A DNA stretch of 56,467 nucleotides from positions 3,765 through 60,231 of the forward strand of contig CAYUZV010000007.1 of assembly GCA_964448605.1 (NCBI GenBank). The letters are read 5' to 3'. The DNA is from Candidatus Woesearchaeota archaeon. Lineage in GTDB: Archaea; Nanobdellota; Nanobdellia; Pacearchaeales; GW2011-AR1. The notes below the pieces were generated by a model. That model worked only from the letters and a program-made list of their open reading frames with translations. It did not search any database and had not been told where the DNA came from. Shown here one piece after another: positions 10,249-19,937 of this stretch (within the stretch, counting starts at the first letter, position 1; every line of letters begins with the position of its first letter). The position numbers and the translations under genes are program-made.

Positions 10249-11283
10249 ATGAAAAAAGCTCAGTCTGCAATTATCTCGACAATATTATTAATTTTAATAG
10301 CGATTGCTTCTGCATCACTTATTTTAAGTTTTGCGATTCCTTTTGTGAATGAGCAGTTTTCTAAAACTGATTGTTTTGAATTAAGTGGTGAGGTTGAGAT
10401 TACAAATTCTCCTGTTTATACTTGTTATGATTCTGATAATTCAGAGTTAAGAGTTCAAGTTCATTTTTTGAAGCCAGGAGAAATTGATGGAATTGCAATT
10501 GATGTTGGAAGTTCTGAAGCATATAAAATTTATGATGGTGAAGTTAGTGCAGGTGTTGAGATGTATGGTTGTGGAGGAATTTTGAATTCTCAGGAGGTTG
10601 AGATAAGTCCTTGCGAGGATACTTATGCAGAAGATGGTGATTCTACTTCAAATGGAGATAAAGATTATGCTTATGTTGAGAAGAGTGATGCAAGGCATTC
10701 TGTTTCATTGTATAAATTTGATAAATCAATGATTGATGGTGCAAATGTTATTGAAAAAGCTGATTTGTGTTTTGGATTGAGGGATAGTTTTGATTTTCAG
10801 TCATCTTATCCTTTTTATGCTTATTATTTTCCTGACCAGTCCTGGAATGAGGATAATTGCATGAGTCCTTCTACTTGCAATCTTGGAAATTTTGATGAGA
10901 TGTTTCAGTTAGAGTTTGGAAATACTTTAACAGAGAATTCTGAATGTCATGATATTAAGGATATTTTTGATTTGCATAAAACTGATTCTATGTTTTCAGT
11001 AATGTTTAATGTTTCTTTTCCTTCAGGCAATTATCAGTCGTGGCTTAGGTTTCCTACTAAAGAAACTACAGATTCTTCTTTGCAGGAAAGAGTTCCTTAT
11101 TTAGATGTGACTTATGGAGATTCTAATCCAGAGGATTGTTCGATTCTTGAACTTCCTGGAAATAATGAACAGAGAACTTATAAGATTTCAATTGCTTCAA
11201 AACCAGATTTGATTAGGGTTTATCCTCTTTTAAATGAAAATGTTTGTGATTCTTATTCTGAACAGGGAGTAGTTGAATGTTAA
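10249..11283 (+). CDS. Type IV pilin-like protein with a large inserted domain
   Basis: KKA|QSAIISTILLI class III signal. The pilin body is interrupted by a ~190-aa segment. Confidence 0.8.
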   Translation: MKKAQSAIISTILLILIAIASASLILSFAIPFVNEQFSKTDCFELSGEVEITNSPVYTCYDSDNSELRVQVHFLKPGEIDGIAIDVGSSEAYKIYDGEVSAGVEMYGCGGILNSQEVEISPCEDTYAEDGDSTSNGDKDYAYVEKSDARHSVSLYKFDKSMIDGANVIEKADLCFGLRDSFDFQSSYPFYAYYFPDQSWNEDNCMSPSTCNLGNFDEMFQLEFGNTLTENSECHDIKDIFDLHKTDSMFSVMFNVSFPSGNYQSWLRFPTKETTDSSLQERVPYLDVTYGDSNPEDCSILELPGNNEQRTYKISIASKPDLIRVYPLLNENVCDSYSEQGVVEC

Positions 11284-11804
11284 ATAAAGCACAAATTTGG
11301 GTTGAAACAGCTGTTTATACTTTGATTGGATTAGTGATAATTGCGATTTTGCTTGCAATTGTAACTCCTCAAATTCAGAATATAAAAGATAAATCAATAG
11401 TTGAACAGACAATGAATTCTCTTGAAAGATTGAATGAGAAAATTCTTGAAATAGAACAGGCACCTGGAAATATAAGAATTGTTGATTTTAAAATTATGAA
11501 AGGAAAGATTATTTTAAATTCTGAAGAAGATTCTGTTGATTATGTTCTTGAAAATACTAAGCTTAGAATTAGTGAGCCGGGAAAAGAAATAAAAGAGGGG
11601 AATCTTATTTTAAAAACAGAAGAGTATGGTTCGAGATATAGAATTAGTTTGTCTTTGAGATATGATAATCTTGATTTGACATTTGAAGAGTCGAATTCAG
11701 ATAAGATTCTTCAGCAGGGGACTCAACCTCATAGAATTAAAATTGAGAATATTGGTTATTCAGGAATTGGTGAACCAATAAATATAGATTTTGGAGTTTT
11801 GTAA
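11277..11804 (+). CDS. Minor pilin-like protein
   Basis: NKA|QIWVETAVY plus hydrophobic helix, within the pilus operon. Confidence 0.78.
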   Translation: MLNKAQIWVETAVYTLIGLVIIAILLAIVTPQIQNIKDKSIVEQTMNSLERLNEKILEIEQAPGNIRIVDFKIMKGKIILNSEEDSVDYVLENTKLRISEPGKEIKEGNLILKTEEYGSRYRISLSLRYDNLDLTFEESNSDKILQQGTQPHRIKIENIGYSGIGEPINIDFGVL

Positions 11805-13373
11805 ATGGTGAAACAACAACAAAAAATGATTGAAAGAAATGGGATAAAAATAAATTTAAATCCTCCTATTCCAGCTTTGCCTAAGGTGGATGATAAGACA
11901 AAGATAAATTTTAGATATACACTTATTTCTCCTTATGTTAGTGTTCATGTTTTTTGGGATGATAAGTCAGGTGAGTTGATTTATAATGTTGAGGAGCCGA
12001 TTTTGAGTAAGCAAGAGAAACATTTTCTTGAAACACTTGAAAAGTCATTAGGTGAGATGATAAATATAAATCTTTTAGTTAAGGAGAGTGTTGAGTCAAG
12101 AATTGAATATATTGAAAAGAATTCGCGATTGTTGATGGAGGAGCTTGATTTGAGGATTCCTGAAGAGTCTTATCATAAGATTTTTTATTATTTGTTTAGA
12201 GATTTTATTGGACTTAATAGAGTAGAGCCGTTGATTAGAGATTATTTTATAGAAGATATAGAGTGCAATGGGATTAATACTCCTATTTACATTGTTCATA
12301 GAGTTTATAGAAATATGAGAACAAATATTCAGTTTAATAATATTGATGCTCTTTCGAGTTTTGTTGAAAAGTTGGCGCAGAGATGTGGTAAGTATATTTC
12401 TTATGCAAATCCTCTTTTGGATGGTTCGCTTCCTGATGGTTCGAGAGTTAATGCAACTTATACAAAAGATATAACTTCAAGAGGGCCTACATTTACAATT
12501 CGTAAATTCACGAGGATTCCGTGGACACCGATTCAGTTGTTGAATAATGGGACTGCTTCTCCTGAAATGCTTGCTTATTTTTGGATTTTGCTTGATTATC
12601 ATTCAAATATTTTAATTACAGGTGGAACTGCATCTGGAAAAACAACTCTTCTTAATGCAATTGCATTTTTTATACCTCCTGAATCAAGAGTTGTTTCTAT
12701 TGAAGATACAAGAGAGATAATGCTTCCGAGAGAGAACTGGCTTCCGAGTGTTGCGAGGACTGCATTAGGACAGGGAAATGTTGGAGAGGTTGATTTGTTT
12801 AGTTTGTTGAAGAATTCTTTTAGACAGAATCCTGATTATGTAATTGTTGGAGAGGTTAGGGGAAAGGAAGCATTTGTATTGTTTCAGGGAATGGCGAGTG
12901 GGCATAGTTCAATCAGCACAATGCATTCTGATTCAGTTGAAACTTTGGTTAAAAGACTTGAAACTCCTCCAATTGAATTGTCTCCGAGTTTGCTTAATAC
13001 TTTGGATTGTGTTGCAATTATGACTCATGCATTAGTTCAGAAAAATCAGACAAGAAAATTAAGAGAGGTTGTTGAAGTAATTAAAGTTGATAATCAGGGT
13101 GTTGCTTTGACTAATACTCCTTTTATGTGGAATGCTCAAGATAATCAATTTTATACAAAAATGAATAGCAAGGTTTTTGAGGCAATATCAAAGAAGTATG
13201 GTGTTAGTTTTCAGGAATTGAATCAGGAATTTGTATTAAGGTCGAAATTGTTGTATGAACTTTATAAGAGGAAAATTTTTGATTTTAATCAGACTCAAAA
13301 AATAATTAATGAATATCATAAGGATCCTCGTGCTGTTTTAAGTGCTTTTGGAATTTTGGGGAAGGGTTCTTAG
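11805..13373 (+). CDS. Type II/IV secretion (pilus assembly) ATPase
   Basis: Walker A GGTASGKTT, Asp box SIEDTRE, RQNPDYVIVGEVRG, His box GH...STMH. Confidence 0.95.
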   Translation: MVKQQQKMIERNGIKINLNPPIPALPKVDDKTKINFRYTLISPYVSVHVFWDDKSGELIYNVEEPILSKQEKHFLETLEKSLGEMININLLVKESVESRIEYIEKNSRLLMEELDLRIPEESYHKIFYYLFRDFIGLNRVEPLIRDYFIEDIECNGINTPIYIVHRVYRNMRTNIQFNNIDALSSFVEKLAQRCGKYISYANPLLDGSLPDGSRVNATYTKDITSRGPTFTIRKFTRIPWTPIQLLNNGTASPEMLAYFWILLDYHSNILITGGTASGKTTLLNAIAFFIPPESRVVSIEDTREIMLPRENWLPSVARTALGQGNVGEVDLFSLLKNSFRQNPDYVIVGEVRGKEAFVLFQGMASGHSSISTMHSDSVETLVKRLETPPIELSPSLLNTLDCVAIMTHALVQKNQTRKLREVVEVIKVDNQGVALTNTPFMWNAQDNQFYTKMNSKVFEAISKKYGVSFQELNQEFVLRSKLLYELYKRKIFDFNQTQKIINEYHKDPRAVLSAFGILGKGS

Positions 13374-13441
13374 TCTGGATTATTTATAATCACAAATTTA
13401 ATAAACTTCTATTTGTAATTTTATTTGGAGAAAAAGAGGAA

Positions 13442-13619
13442 AATGAAAGATTTGGAAGAAGTTCAGATTTTGGCACAGCTTGTTGATAATATGGAGATAG
13501 TATCTAATGAGTTGGAAAAGTCGTTTAAGAAAAAAAATTCTGAAAAATTGAATAATTCAAAAAAAGAGATTAAGGACATTAGTCAGAAAATAAATAAGAT
13601 TCTTAAAAATGAGCTTTGA
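13442..13619 (+). CDS. Small helical hypothetical protein
   Basis: ORF-track frame ending at 13619, overlapping the next gene. Start is approximate (MKDLEEV, or TTG at 13425). Confidence 0.55.
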
Positions 13620-14955
13620 TTCACTGAAACAGAATATTGAATATCTGAAGAAGATAACAAGGGAGATTTATATATTTACAAATCAGTTGGAGATTATTAA
13701 AAATGTAGAGATGACGAGTAAGACAAGAGTTGATTCAAGAGAGAAGAAACTTCTTGAAGATATATTGTCTTCGCTTTTTCAGCAGTTGAAAATAATTAAT
13801 AATACGATTCCAGAGATTCTTGGAGATGTTGGAGGTTTTTCGCCATTGTCTGAAAAATCTAAAAAAAATAAACTTGTTCAGATTAAGTATAAACCTCTTG
13901 ATTTGGATAAAAAGATTTCTCTTGTGATTACTGAAAAAGACAGAAAGGAATTTTTGGAGAATTTGAGCAGGAGTAATCTTTCTTTTAAAAAATTGAAAAA
14001 ATCTTATGTAGTTCCAAGGCATAGAGTTTTTTTTGGAAAGCCCACGACTTATGCAAAAATATCTAATAAACTTTTTAAGAAAACTTCTAATAAACTTATT
14101 TCAAAAGGTTATTTTATAAGATTGAATCGTAATTTAAGGAAAATGAATTCTCCTTATATTTTGGGAACTTATGTTTCAATGCTTTTTTTTACAACTTTGC
14201 TTGTATTTTTTGCAGGAATTTTGATAACTTTGTTTCTTTTGTTTTTTAAAGTGGGATTTGCATATCCATTTATAGAGCCAGTGACAGGTTCATTGTTTTT
14301 GAGATTTGTTAAAATATTTTGGGTGATTATAGCAACTCCTTTATTTGCAGGATTTTTGTTTTATTTTTATCCTTTTAGTGAAGCAAAAAGTATTGGAAAT
14401 AAAATTGACAAGGAGTTGTTGTTTGTGGTTATTCATTTGTCTGCGATATCTACTTCAGGAATTGAGCCAACAAATATTTTTAAGATTATTATAAAAAGTG
14501 AAGAGTATAAGTATACGAATATTGAGTTTAAGAAATTGCTGAATTTGATTAATTTTCATGGAAAGGATTTGGTTTCAGCTTTGAAGGAAATTGCAGTGAG
14601 TTCTTCTTCAGTGAAGTTGAGGGAGCTGTTGAATGGTTTTGCGACTACGATTACTACAGGAGGGAATTTGTATAATTATTTGAATAAGCATACTGATAGA
14701 TTGCTTTTTGAGTATAGATTGCAGAGGGAAAAGGCGACAAAGAATGCAGAAACTTTTATGGATATTTATATTGCAGTTGTTATTGCTGCACCTATGATTC
14801 TGATGCTTTTGTTTGTGATAATGGGTGCATTGGGAGGTTTGGGAAGTTTTCTTGGACTTTCAACAACAGCTATAGCATTATTGATAATTCTGATTATAGC
14901 ATTATTAAATATAATTTTTCTTGCAGTATTAAAATTAAGGGAGTCAAGGATGTAA
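13609..14955 (+). CDS. Type II secretion system F / TadC-like platform protein
   Basis: TM helices plus T2SSF domain (AISTSG...G.DLVSAL...TTGGNL). Adjacent to the ATPase. Confidence 0.88.
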   Translation: MSFDSLKQNIEYLKKITREIYIFTNQLEIIKNVEMTSKTRVDSREKKLLEDILSSLFQQLKIINNTIPEILGDVGGFSPLSEKSKKNKLVQIKYKPLDLDKKISLVITEKDRKEFLENLSRSNLSFKKLKKSYVVPRHRVFFGKPTTYAKISNKLFKKTSNKLISKGYFIRLNRNLRKMNSPYILGTYVSMLFFTTLLVFFAGILITLFLLFFKVGFAYPFIEPVTGSLFLRFVKIFWVIIATPLFAGFLFYFYPFSEAKSIGNKIDKELLFVVIHLSAISTSGIEPTNIFKIIIKSEEYKYTNIEFKKLLNLINFHGKDLVSALKEIAVSSSSVKLRELLNGFATTITTGGNLYNYLNKHTDRLLFEYRLQREKATKNAETFMDIYIAVVIAAPMILMLLFVIMGALGGLGSFLGLSTTAIALLIILIIALLNIIFLAVLKLRESRM

Positions 14956-14956
14956 A

Positions 14957-15838
14957 ATGAAATTTAAATTAAATAAACCTCAAATAATTGGTGTTGTTTC
15001 TTCATTGATAATTATTATTGCATCAATGATTTTTCTTTATTTTAGATATATTGAGGAGAGATTGTTTTATCTTATTTTTGGAATTTCTTTTATGATTGCA
15101 GGACTTCCGTTTTTTATGTATTTGATTCTTGAAACAAAAGAAGAAAGGGAAAAGGAGGAGATGTTTTTAGAGTTTGCAAGGGATTTGGTTGAAAGTGTTA
15201 AAGCAGGAACTCCGATAAGCAAGAGTATAATTAATATTGAGAATAAGGATTATAGGAAATTGAGTCCTTATGTTAAGAAGCTTGCGAATCAGATTTCACT
15301 TGGAATTTCAATAAAGACTGCTTTGGAAACTTTTTCAAGAGATGTTCAGAATAATACAATTTCGCGGGCAGTTTCAATAATTAGTGAGTCTGAAAAAGCA
15401 GGAGGAAATATTGAAGAGGTTTTGGAATCTGTTGCAAAGTCAGTTTCTCAAATTGAAAAATTAAAAAAAGAGAGGAGGACTTCAATGTATAATCTGATAA
15501 TTCAGGGTTATATTATTTTCTTTATTTTTATTGTAATAATGTTGGTTATGCAGTTTAAGATTCTTCCAATTGCATCTGGATTGACTGAAAGTATGGAGGG
15601 TATGGAGGGAGGTGCAGGAGGAATTTCTGCAATAACGGGAATAGGTGTTGGAGGGGGTGCATCTGCAGAGGAGCTTACAAGACCTTTTGTATGGTTGTTA
15701 ATAACTCAGGGATTTTTTATAGGTTTGATTATTGGAAAACTTGCAGAAGATAGTATAAGGGCAGGATTAAAACATTCATTTGTTTTAGTGGTGCTTGCAT
15801 TATTAATTGATTCAGGAGCTAAATTTTTTTTAGGATAA
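14957..15838 (+). CDS. Type II secretion system F / TadC-like platform protein
   Basis: F..FARDLVESVKAG...ANQISLG...KAGGNIEEVL, with multiple TM helices. Confidence 0.9.
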   Translation: MKFKLNKPQIIGVVSSLIIIIASMIFLYFRYIEERLFYLIFGISFMIAGLPFFMYLILETKEEREKEEMFLEFARDLVESVKAGTPISKSIINIENKDYRKLSPYVKKLANQISLGISIKTALETFSRDVQNNTISRAVSIISESEKAGGNIEEVLESVAKSVSQIEKLKKERRTSMYNLIIQGYIIFFIFIVIMLVMQFKILPIASGLTESMEGMEGGAGGISAITGIGVGGGASAEELTRPFVWLLITQGFFIGLIIGKLAEDSIRAGLKHSFVLVVLALLIDSGAKFFLG

Positions 15839-15839
15839 A

Positions 15840-16481
15840 ATGAAAAGGCAATATACTCAAAGGAAAGCACAGATTCATGTTGAGATGGTAATTTCATTTA
15901 CTCTTTTTGTTGGAATTTTGTTTGTTTTTTTTCTTTTGCTAAATCCTTTTTCACAAGAAGAGAAATTCGTGACTTTAACGAAAAATATTGTTTTGGAGGA
16001 GTTGAAGGGGAAAGTTGGAAAGTTATCTGCAATTGTTAATACTGAAAATGATTGTTATTCATTAAGTGAGGTTAATGATGATTATGGTGATAATTTTGTT
16101 GAGATTTCGGATAGTCAAAATTCTCGAAGATATTTTATTTATTATTCTCCAATGTTTGTACAAAGAACAATTTCTTGTGAGGAGGAAACTGGAAGAGATT
16201 TTGAGTTAGGAGTTTATACAGAAGAGGATTTTATTATTGAGAATAAAATATTTACTTTGAAAAATAAATATGAAAATGATTATGAAGGGTTGAGAGATTC
16301 TTTAGGTGTTGATGATTTTTCTTTTTTGTTTAGAGATTTTCAGGGCAATGTTAGAGAGGATTATTCTGTTGAAAGAAATCCTTATGCAGGTGTTGGAGTT
16401 GTTGCAGAGGAATTTCCAGTCCAGGTTATTGATTCTCAGGGAAAAATTAAAAACTATGTGATGAATATAAGAATATGGTGA
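15840..16481 (+). CDS. Minor pilin-like protein
   Basis: RKA|QIHVEMVISF class III signal. Confidence 0.75.
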   Translation: MKRQYTQRKAQIHVEMVISFTLFVGILFVFFLLLNPFSQEEKFVTLTKNIVLEELKGKVGKLSAIVNTENDCYSLSEVNDDYGDNFVEISDSQNSRRYFIYYSPMFVQRTISCEEETGRDFELGVYTEEDFIIENKIFTLKNKYENDYEGLRDSLGVDDFSFLFRDFQGNVREDYSVERNPYAGVGVVAEEFPVQVIDSQGKIKNYVMNIRIW

Positions 16482-16876
16482 AGAATAAAAAAGCTTGGTT
16501 AAGAATAGTGGAGGCATCAATTGCAATTTTGATTGTTGTAGGTGTTGTTTTGATTATGATGTCAGGCAGAGGAGTTGATAGAGATATTTCTGATGAAGTT
16601 TATCAGAGGCAGGAAGAAATATTGAATGTGATTTTGAATAATAATAGTTTTAGAAATGATATTTTAGATGGAAATTCAAATAAAATAAATAATGAAATTT
16701 TGAGATTAGTTCCTTTTTCATGGGATTTTTCAGTGAATATTTGCAATGTTGATGAAGTTTGTCCGAATCCTCAATTGGTTCAGGAAGAAGAAGTTTATAT
16801 AACTGAAAGAATTGTTAGTTCTACGATTAGTCAGTATTCTCCTAAAAAAATAAGATTTTTTATTTGGATAAAATGA
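16475..16876 (+). CDS. Minor pilin-like protein
   Basis: KKA|WLRIVEASIAILI class III-like signal. Confidence 0.72.
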   Translation: MVKNKKAWLRIVEASIAILIVVGVVLIMMSGRGVDRDISDEVYQRQEEILNVILNNNSFRNDILDGNSNKINNEILRLVPFSWDFSVNICNVDEVCPNPQLVQEEEVYITERIVSSTISQYSPKKIRFFIWIK

Positions 16877-17310
16877 AATATAAATTTCTTAGTCATACAG
16901 CAGATATAAAATTTCAGGCATTTGGAAATTCTTTGGAAGAGAGTTTTGAAAATTCTGCTTATGCTTTGGTTAATATTATTTGCAAGGATAGGGTTAAATC
17001 TAAAATTAAAAAAATTTTAAAAGTGAGGGGAAAAAATCGTGAGAGGTTGCTTTATGAATTTTTAGAGGAAATTTTGTATAAGGTTGATGCAGAGGATTTT
17101 GTTTTGGGTGAAGTGGTTAAGATTGAAATAGAAAGCAGGATTAAATCAAGGAAACCTCTGAGATATGAACTTGAATTAAAAGCAGAGATTTTAGGAGATG
17201 ATTTGAAAAATTATGAAACTGAAACTTCTGTTAAGGCAGTGACTTATAATGAAATGTATATTAAGCAGGATAATAATAAATTTATAGTGCAGGTTGTTGT
17301 GGATGTGTGA
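16873..17310 (+). CDS. Archease
   Basis: N-terminal YKFLSHTADI and C-terminal VKAVTY...VDV. Lies upstream of rtcB. Confidence 0.93.
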   Translation: MKYKFLSHTADIKFQAFGNSLEESFENSAYALVNIICKDRVKSKIKKILKVRGKNRERLLYEFLEEILYKVDAEDFVLGEVVKIEIESRIKSRKPLRYELELKAEILGDDLKNYETETSVKAVTYNEMYIKQDNNKFIVQVVVDV

Positions 17311-17591
17311 TGGGAGATGAGGATTTTGATAGAAGGACTGAATTTGAGTATAAAATACAGGATTTAGTTACAGGATTGGATATTGCTCAGAGAGAAGTTC
17401 CACAATTGAAGAAGGAGATTGAGGAATTAAATAATACATTGTCTCCTAAAGAGTTAGAGGCAAATTCTTCTTATCAGAGTTTATTGAGTCAATTAAGAAT
17501 TTATCAAGAATGTATTAGTAGAGATTCTCCAAAAATTAAACTATTTAGAAATGAATACAGGAAGAGGTATGGGCACGATTCTCCTTATTGA
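17307..17591 (+). CDS. Hypothetical coiled-coil protein
   Basis: 94-aa ORF overlapping the archease stop. Confidence 0.6.
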   Translation: MMGDEDFDRRTEFEYKIQDLVTGLDIAQREVPQLKKEIEELNNTLSPKELEANSSYQSLLSQLRIYQECISRDSPKIKLFRNEYRKRYGHDSPY

Positions 17592-17651
17592 TTTTGAGTA
17601 TCTCTGATGAGTTTTTATTACTTTGTGATTCATATTTCTTCTGACTTTTTT

Positions 17652-17815
17652 ATTCAAAGTAAAATAAAACTGCACTATTTTATAATGCAATCCGCCAATG
17701 CAATCTGCACATTTATGTGCAGGTTCAAAACCGAAGGTTTTGGTGATTTTTAAGATTTAGTCAAAGTTAAAATCTTTTCTAAAATAATATAGAAATTATA
17801 AAGTTCATTTATAAA
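17652..17815. repeat. Dispersed palindromic repeat family A, copy 1
   Basis: ATTCA(A/G)AGTAAAATAAAACTGCAC...CTGCACATTTATGTGCAG GTTC AAAACC-GAA-GGTTTT GGTGAT. Similar to 32874 and 56422. Confidence 0.85.
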
Positions 17816-17872
17816 TATCAGAGATACTGGATTTTCTCAAAAATTATATAAATGTTAGATTGTTTTTGTTTT

Positions 17873-19285
17873 ATGGAATTGAAGAAAATATCTGATTATG
17901 AATGGGAGATTCCGAAGGTTTGGGGAATGAAGGTGCCTGGAAAGATTATTGCTTCTAAGAAATTAATTGAAAGTATAAAAAAAGATGATACTTTGAATCA
18001 GGTGAAGAATGTTGCGATGCTTCCTGGAATTTTGAGGGCAAGTTTGGCAATGCCTGATGCACATCAGGGTTATGGTTTTCCAATTGGAGGAGTTGCAGGA
18101 TTTGATATTGAGAAGGGTGTGATTTCTCCAGGAGGTGTTGGTTATGATATTAATTGCAGTGTCAGGTTGTTGAGAACTAATTTGAATTTGAAAGATATTG
18201 AAAAAGAAAAAAAAGAGATTTTGCATTCTTTGTTTAGAACAATCCCTTCAGGAGTTGGAAGAGGTTCAAAACTTAGTATTTCAAAAAGTGAGCTTGATGA
18301 AGTTTTGAGTGAAGGGGCTCAATGGATGGTGAAAAAAGGTTATGGAATTAAAGAGGATTATATTAATACAGAAGATTCTGGAAAGTTGTTTAATGCAAAT
18401 TCTGATGATGTTTCTAAAAAGGCGAAGGCGAGGGGAATTAAACAGCTTGGTTCTTTGGGTGCTGGAAATCATTTTATTGAGATTCAGAGAGTTGAGGAGA
18501 TATTTGATTTAGAGATTGCAAGGGTTTTTGGTTTAGAGAAAGGAATGATAACTTTGATGATTCATTGTGGTTCAAGAGGGTTGGGACATCAGATTGCTTC
18601 TGATTATATTAAGTTGATGGAGGATGAATATGGGTATCCTGAATTTGACAGGCAGTTGGTTAATGCACCTATAAATTCTGAGATTGGGAAGAAGTATCTT
18701 TCAGCAATGGCTTGTGCTGGGAATTTTGCATTTGCAAACAAGCAATTGATAACTTTTTGGATAAGAGAGAATTTAAAGCATTATTTTCCGAATTTGAGAA
18801 TGGATGTTGTTTATGATATTTGTCATAATATTGCTAAGTTTGAAGAGCATAAAATAAATGGAGAAAGTAAGAAAATTTTGGTTATGAGGAAAGGTGCTAC
18901 GAGGGCATTTGGAGCTGGAAGGAAAGAACTTCCTGAAAAGTATTTTAAAGTTGGACAGCCTATTTTGATTCCTGGTTCAATGGGAACTGCATCTTATGTT
19001 TTGGTTGGAACAGAAAAAGCAGAAGAATTGACTTTTGCTTCAACTGCTCATGGTGCTGGAAGAATTGAATCAAGGACAAAAGCAAGAAAATCTCTGAATG
19101 CGAATCAGATAAAGAAGGATTTGGAAAAAAAGGATATCTTGTTAGAGGCAGGTTCTTATAAAGGGATTTCTGAAGAAGCACCAGAAGCATATAAGGATAT
19201 TGATGAGGTTGTTAAGACGAGTCATGAAATTGGAATAGGAAGATTAGTTGCTAAATTAAAACCTGTTGCAGTTATGAAAGGTTGA
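17873..19285 (+). CDS. rtcB: RNA-splicing ligase RtcB
   Basis: MPDAHQGYGFPIG, VGYDINC, GSLGAGNHF, HCGSRG, HN, RKGA, PGSMG, HGAGR, EAPEAYK. Confidence 0.97.
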   Translation: MELKKISDYEWEIPKVWGMKVPGKIIASKKLIESIKKDDTLNQVKNVAMLPGILRASLAMPDAHQGYGFPIGGVAGFDIEKGVISPGGVGYDINCSVRLLRTNLNLKDIEKEKKEILHSLFRTIPSGVGRGSKLSISKSELDEVLSEGAQWMVKKGYGIKEDYINTEDSGKLFNANSDDVSKKAKARGIKQLGSLGAGNHFIEIQRVEEIFDLEIARVFGLEKGMITLMIHCGSRGLGHQIASDYIKLMEDEYGYPEFDRQLVNAPINSEIGKKYLSAMACAGNFAFANKQLITFWIRENLKHYFPNLRMDVVYDICHNIAKFEEHKINGESKKILVMRKGATRAFGAGRKELPEKYFKVGQPILIPGSMGTASYVLVGTEKAEELTFASTAHGAGRIESRTKARKSLNANQIKKDLEKKDILLEAGSYKGISEEAPEAYKDIDEVVKTSHEIGIGRLVAKLKPVAVMKG

Positions 19286-19328
19286 TTTAATTGCAATAAT
19301 ATTTATATGCTTTATTGTTATGTTTTTA

Positions 19329-19598
19329 ATGAGTATGGATGTTGAATTTGAAGAATTGCCTGAAATTAGAGGAGTTGTTTTGAGGTTTCCTAAAGCTGTT
19401 TTTCAATTTTAGTATGATGAAATAAGAAAAGAAGTGGAGTATTATATGGTGAGAGAACCTAATTTTTCTTATGCAGTTGATTTGCAGGATAATTTTTTTT
19501 CAGAAAGAGATTTAAATGTTCAAATTGGTTGTTTTCTTAGGGAATTCATAAAAGATGTCAATATGAGATCGGGACTCCTCTTAGAGTTTTTAATTTAA
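19329..19598 (+). pseudogene. Small ORF interrupted by an in-frame TAG
   Basis: 90-codon frame MSMDVEFEELPEIRG...FQF*YDEIRKEVEYY...EFLI* with TAG at 19410. Confidence 0.45.
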
Positions 19599-19606
19599 GT
19601 GAGGAT

Positions 19607-19905
19607 ATGAAAAATAAAATAGGGGATTTGAGGATGGATGGAGTTTTTGATATTTATGAATCAAGAGATGTTTTTATAATTCAATGTTGGAAAGAGTTAA
19701 TCAGTATGAGGGTGAACCTTTGACTCATTTTAGTTTGGTAAATGCAGGTTATTCTCCTTACTCTGCTGTTCTTGAACCTCGTTCTGTTAATCCTAATTTG
19801 GAGAAAGTTGTTAAGGGAATAAGAGTTCCTGAAGCAAGACCTGAAATGGTTGAACCAGATTCTTTTGAAAAAATGTTTATGGTTTATAGGAGAGATGGAA
19901 AGTAA
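19607..19905 (+). pseudogene. Small hypothetical gene, probably frameshifted
   Basis: ATG 19607 (after GAGGA) reads MKNKIGDLRMDGVFDIYESRDVF and is 1 nt out of frame with ORF 19684-19905, across a T5 run at 19671-19675. Confidence 0.45.
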
Positions 19906-19937
19906 ACATTTAAAATACCTAAATTCTTAGAATATTT

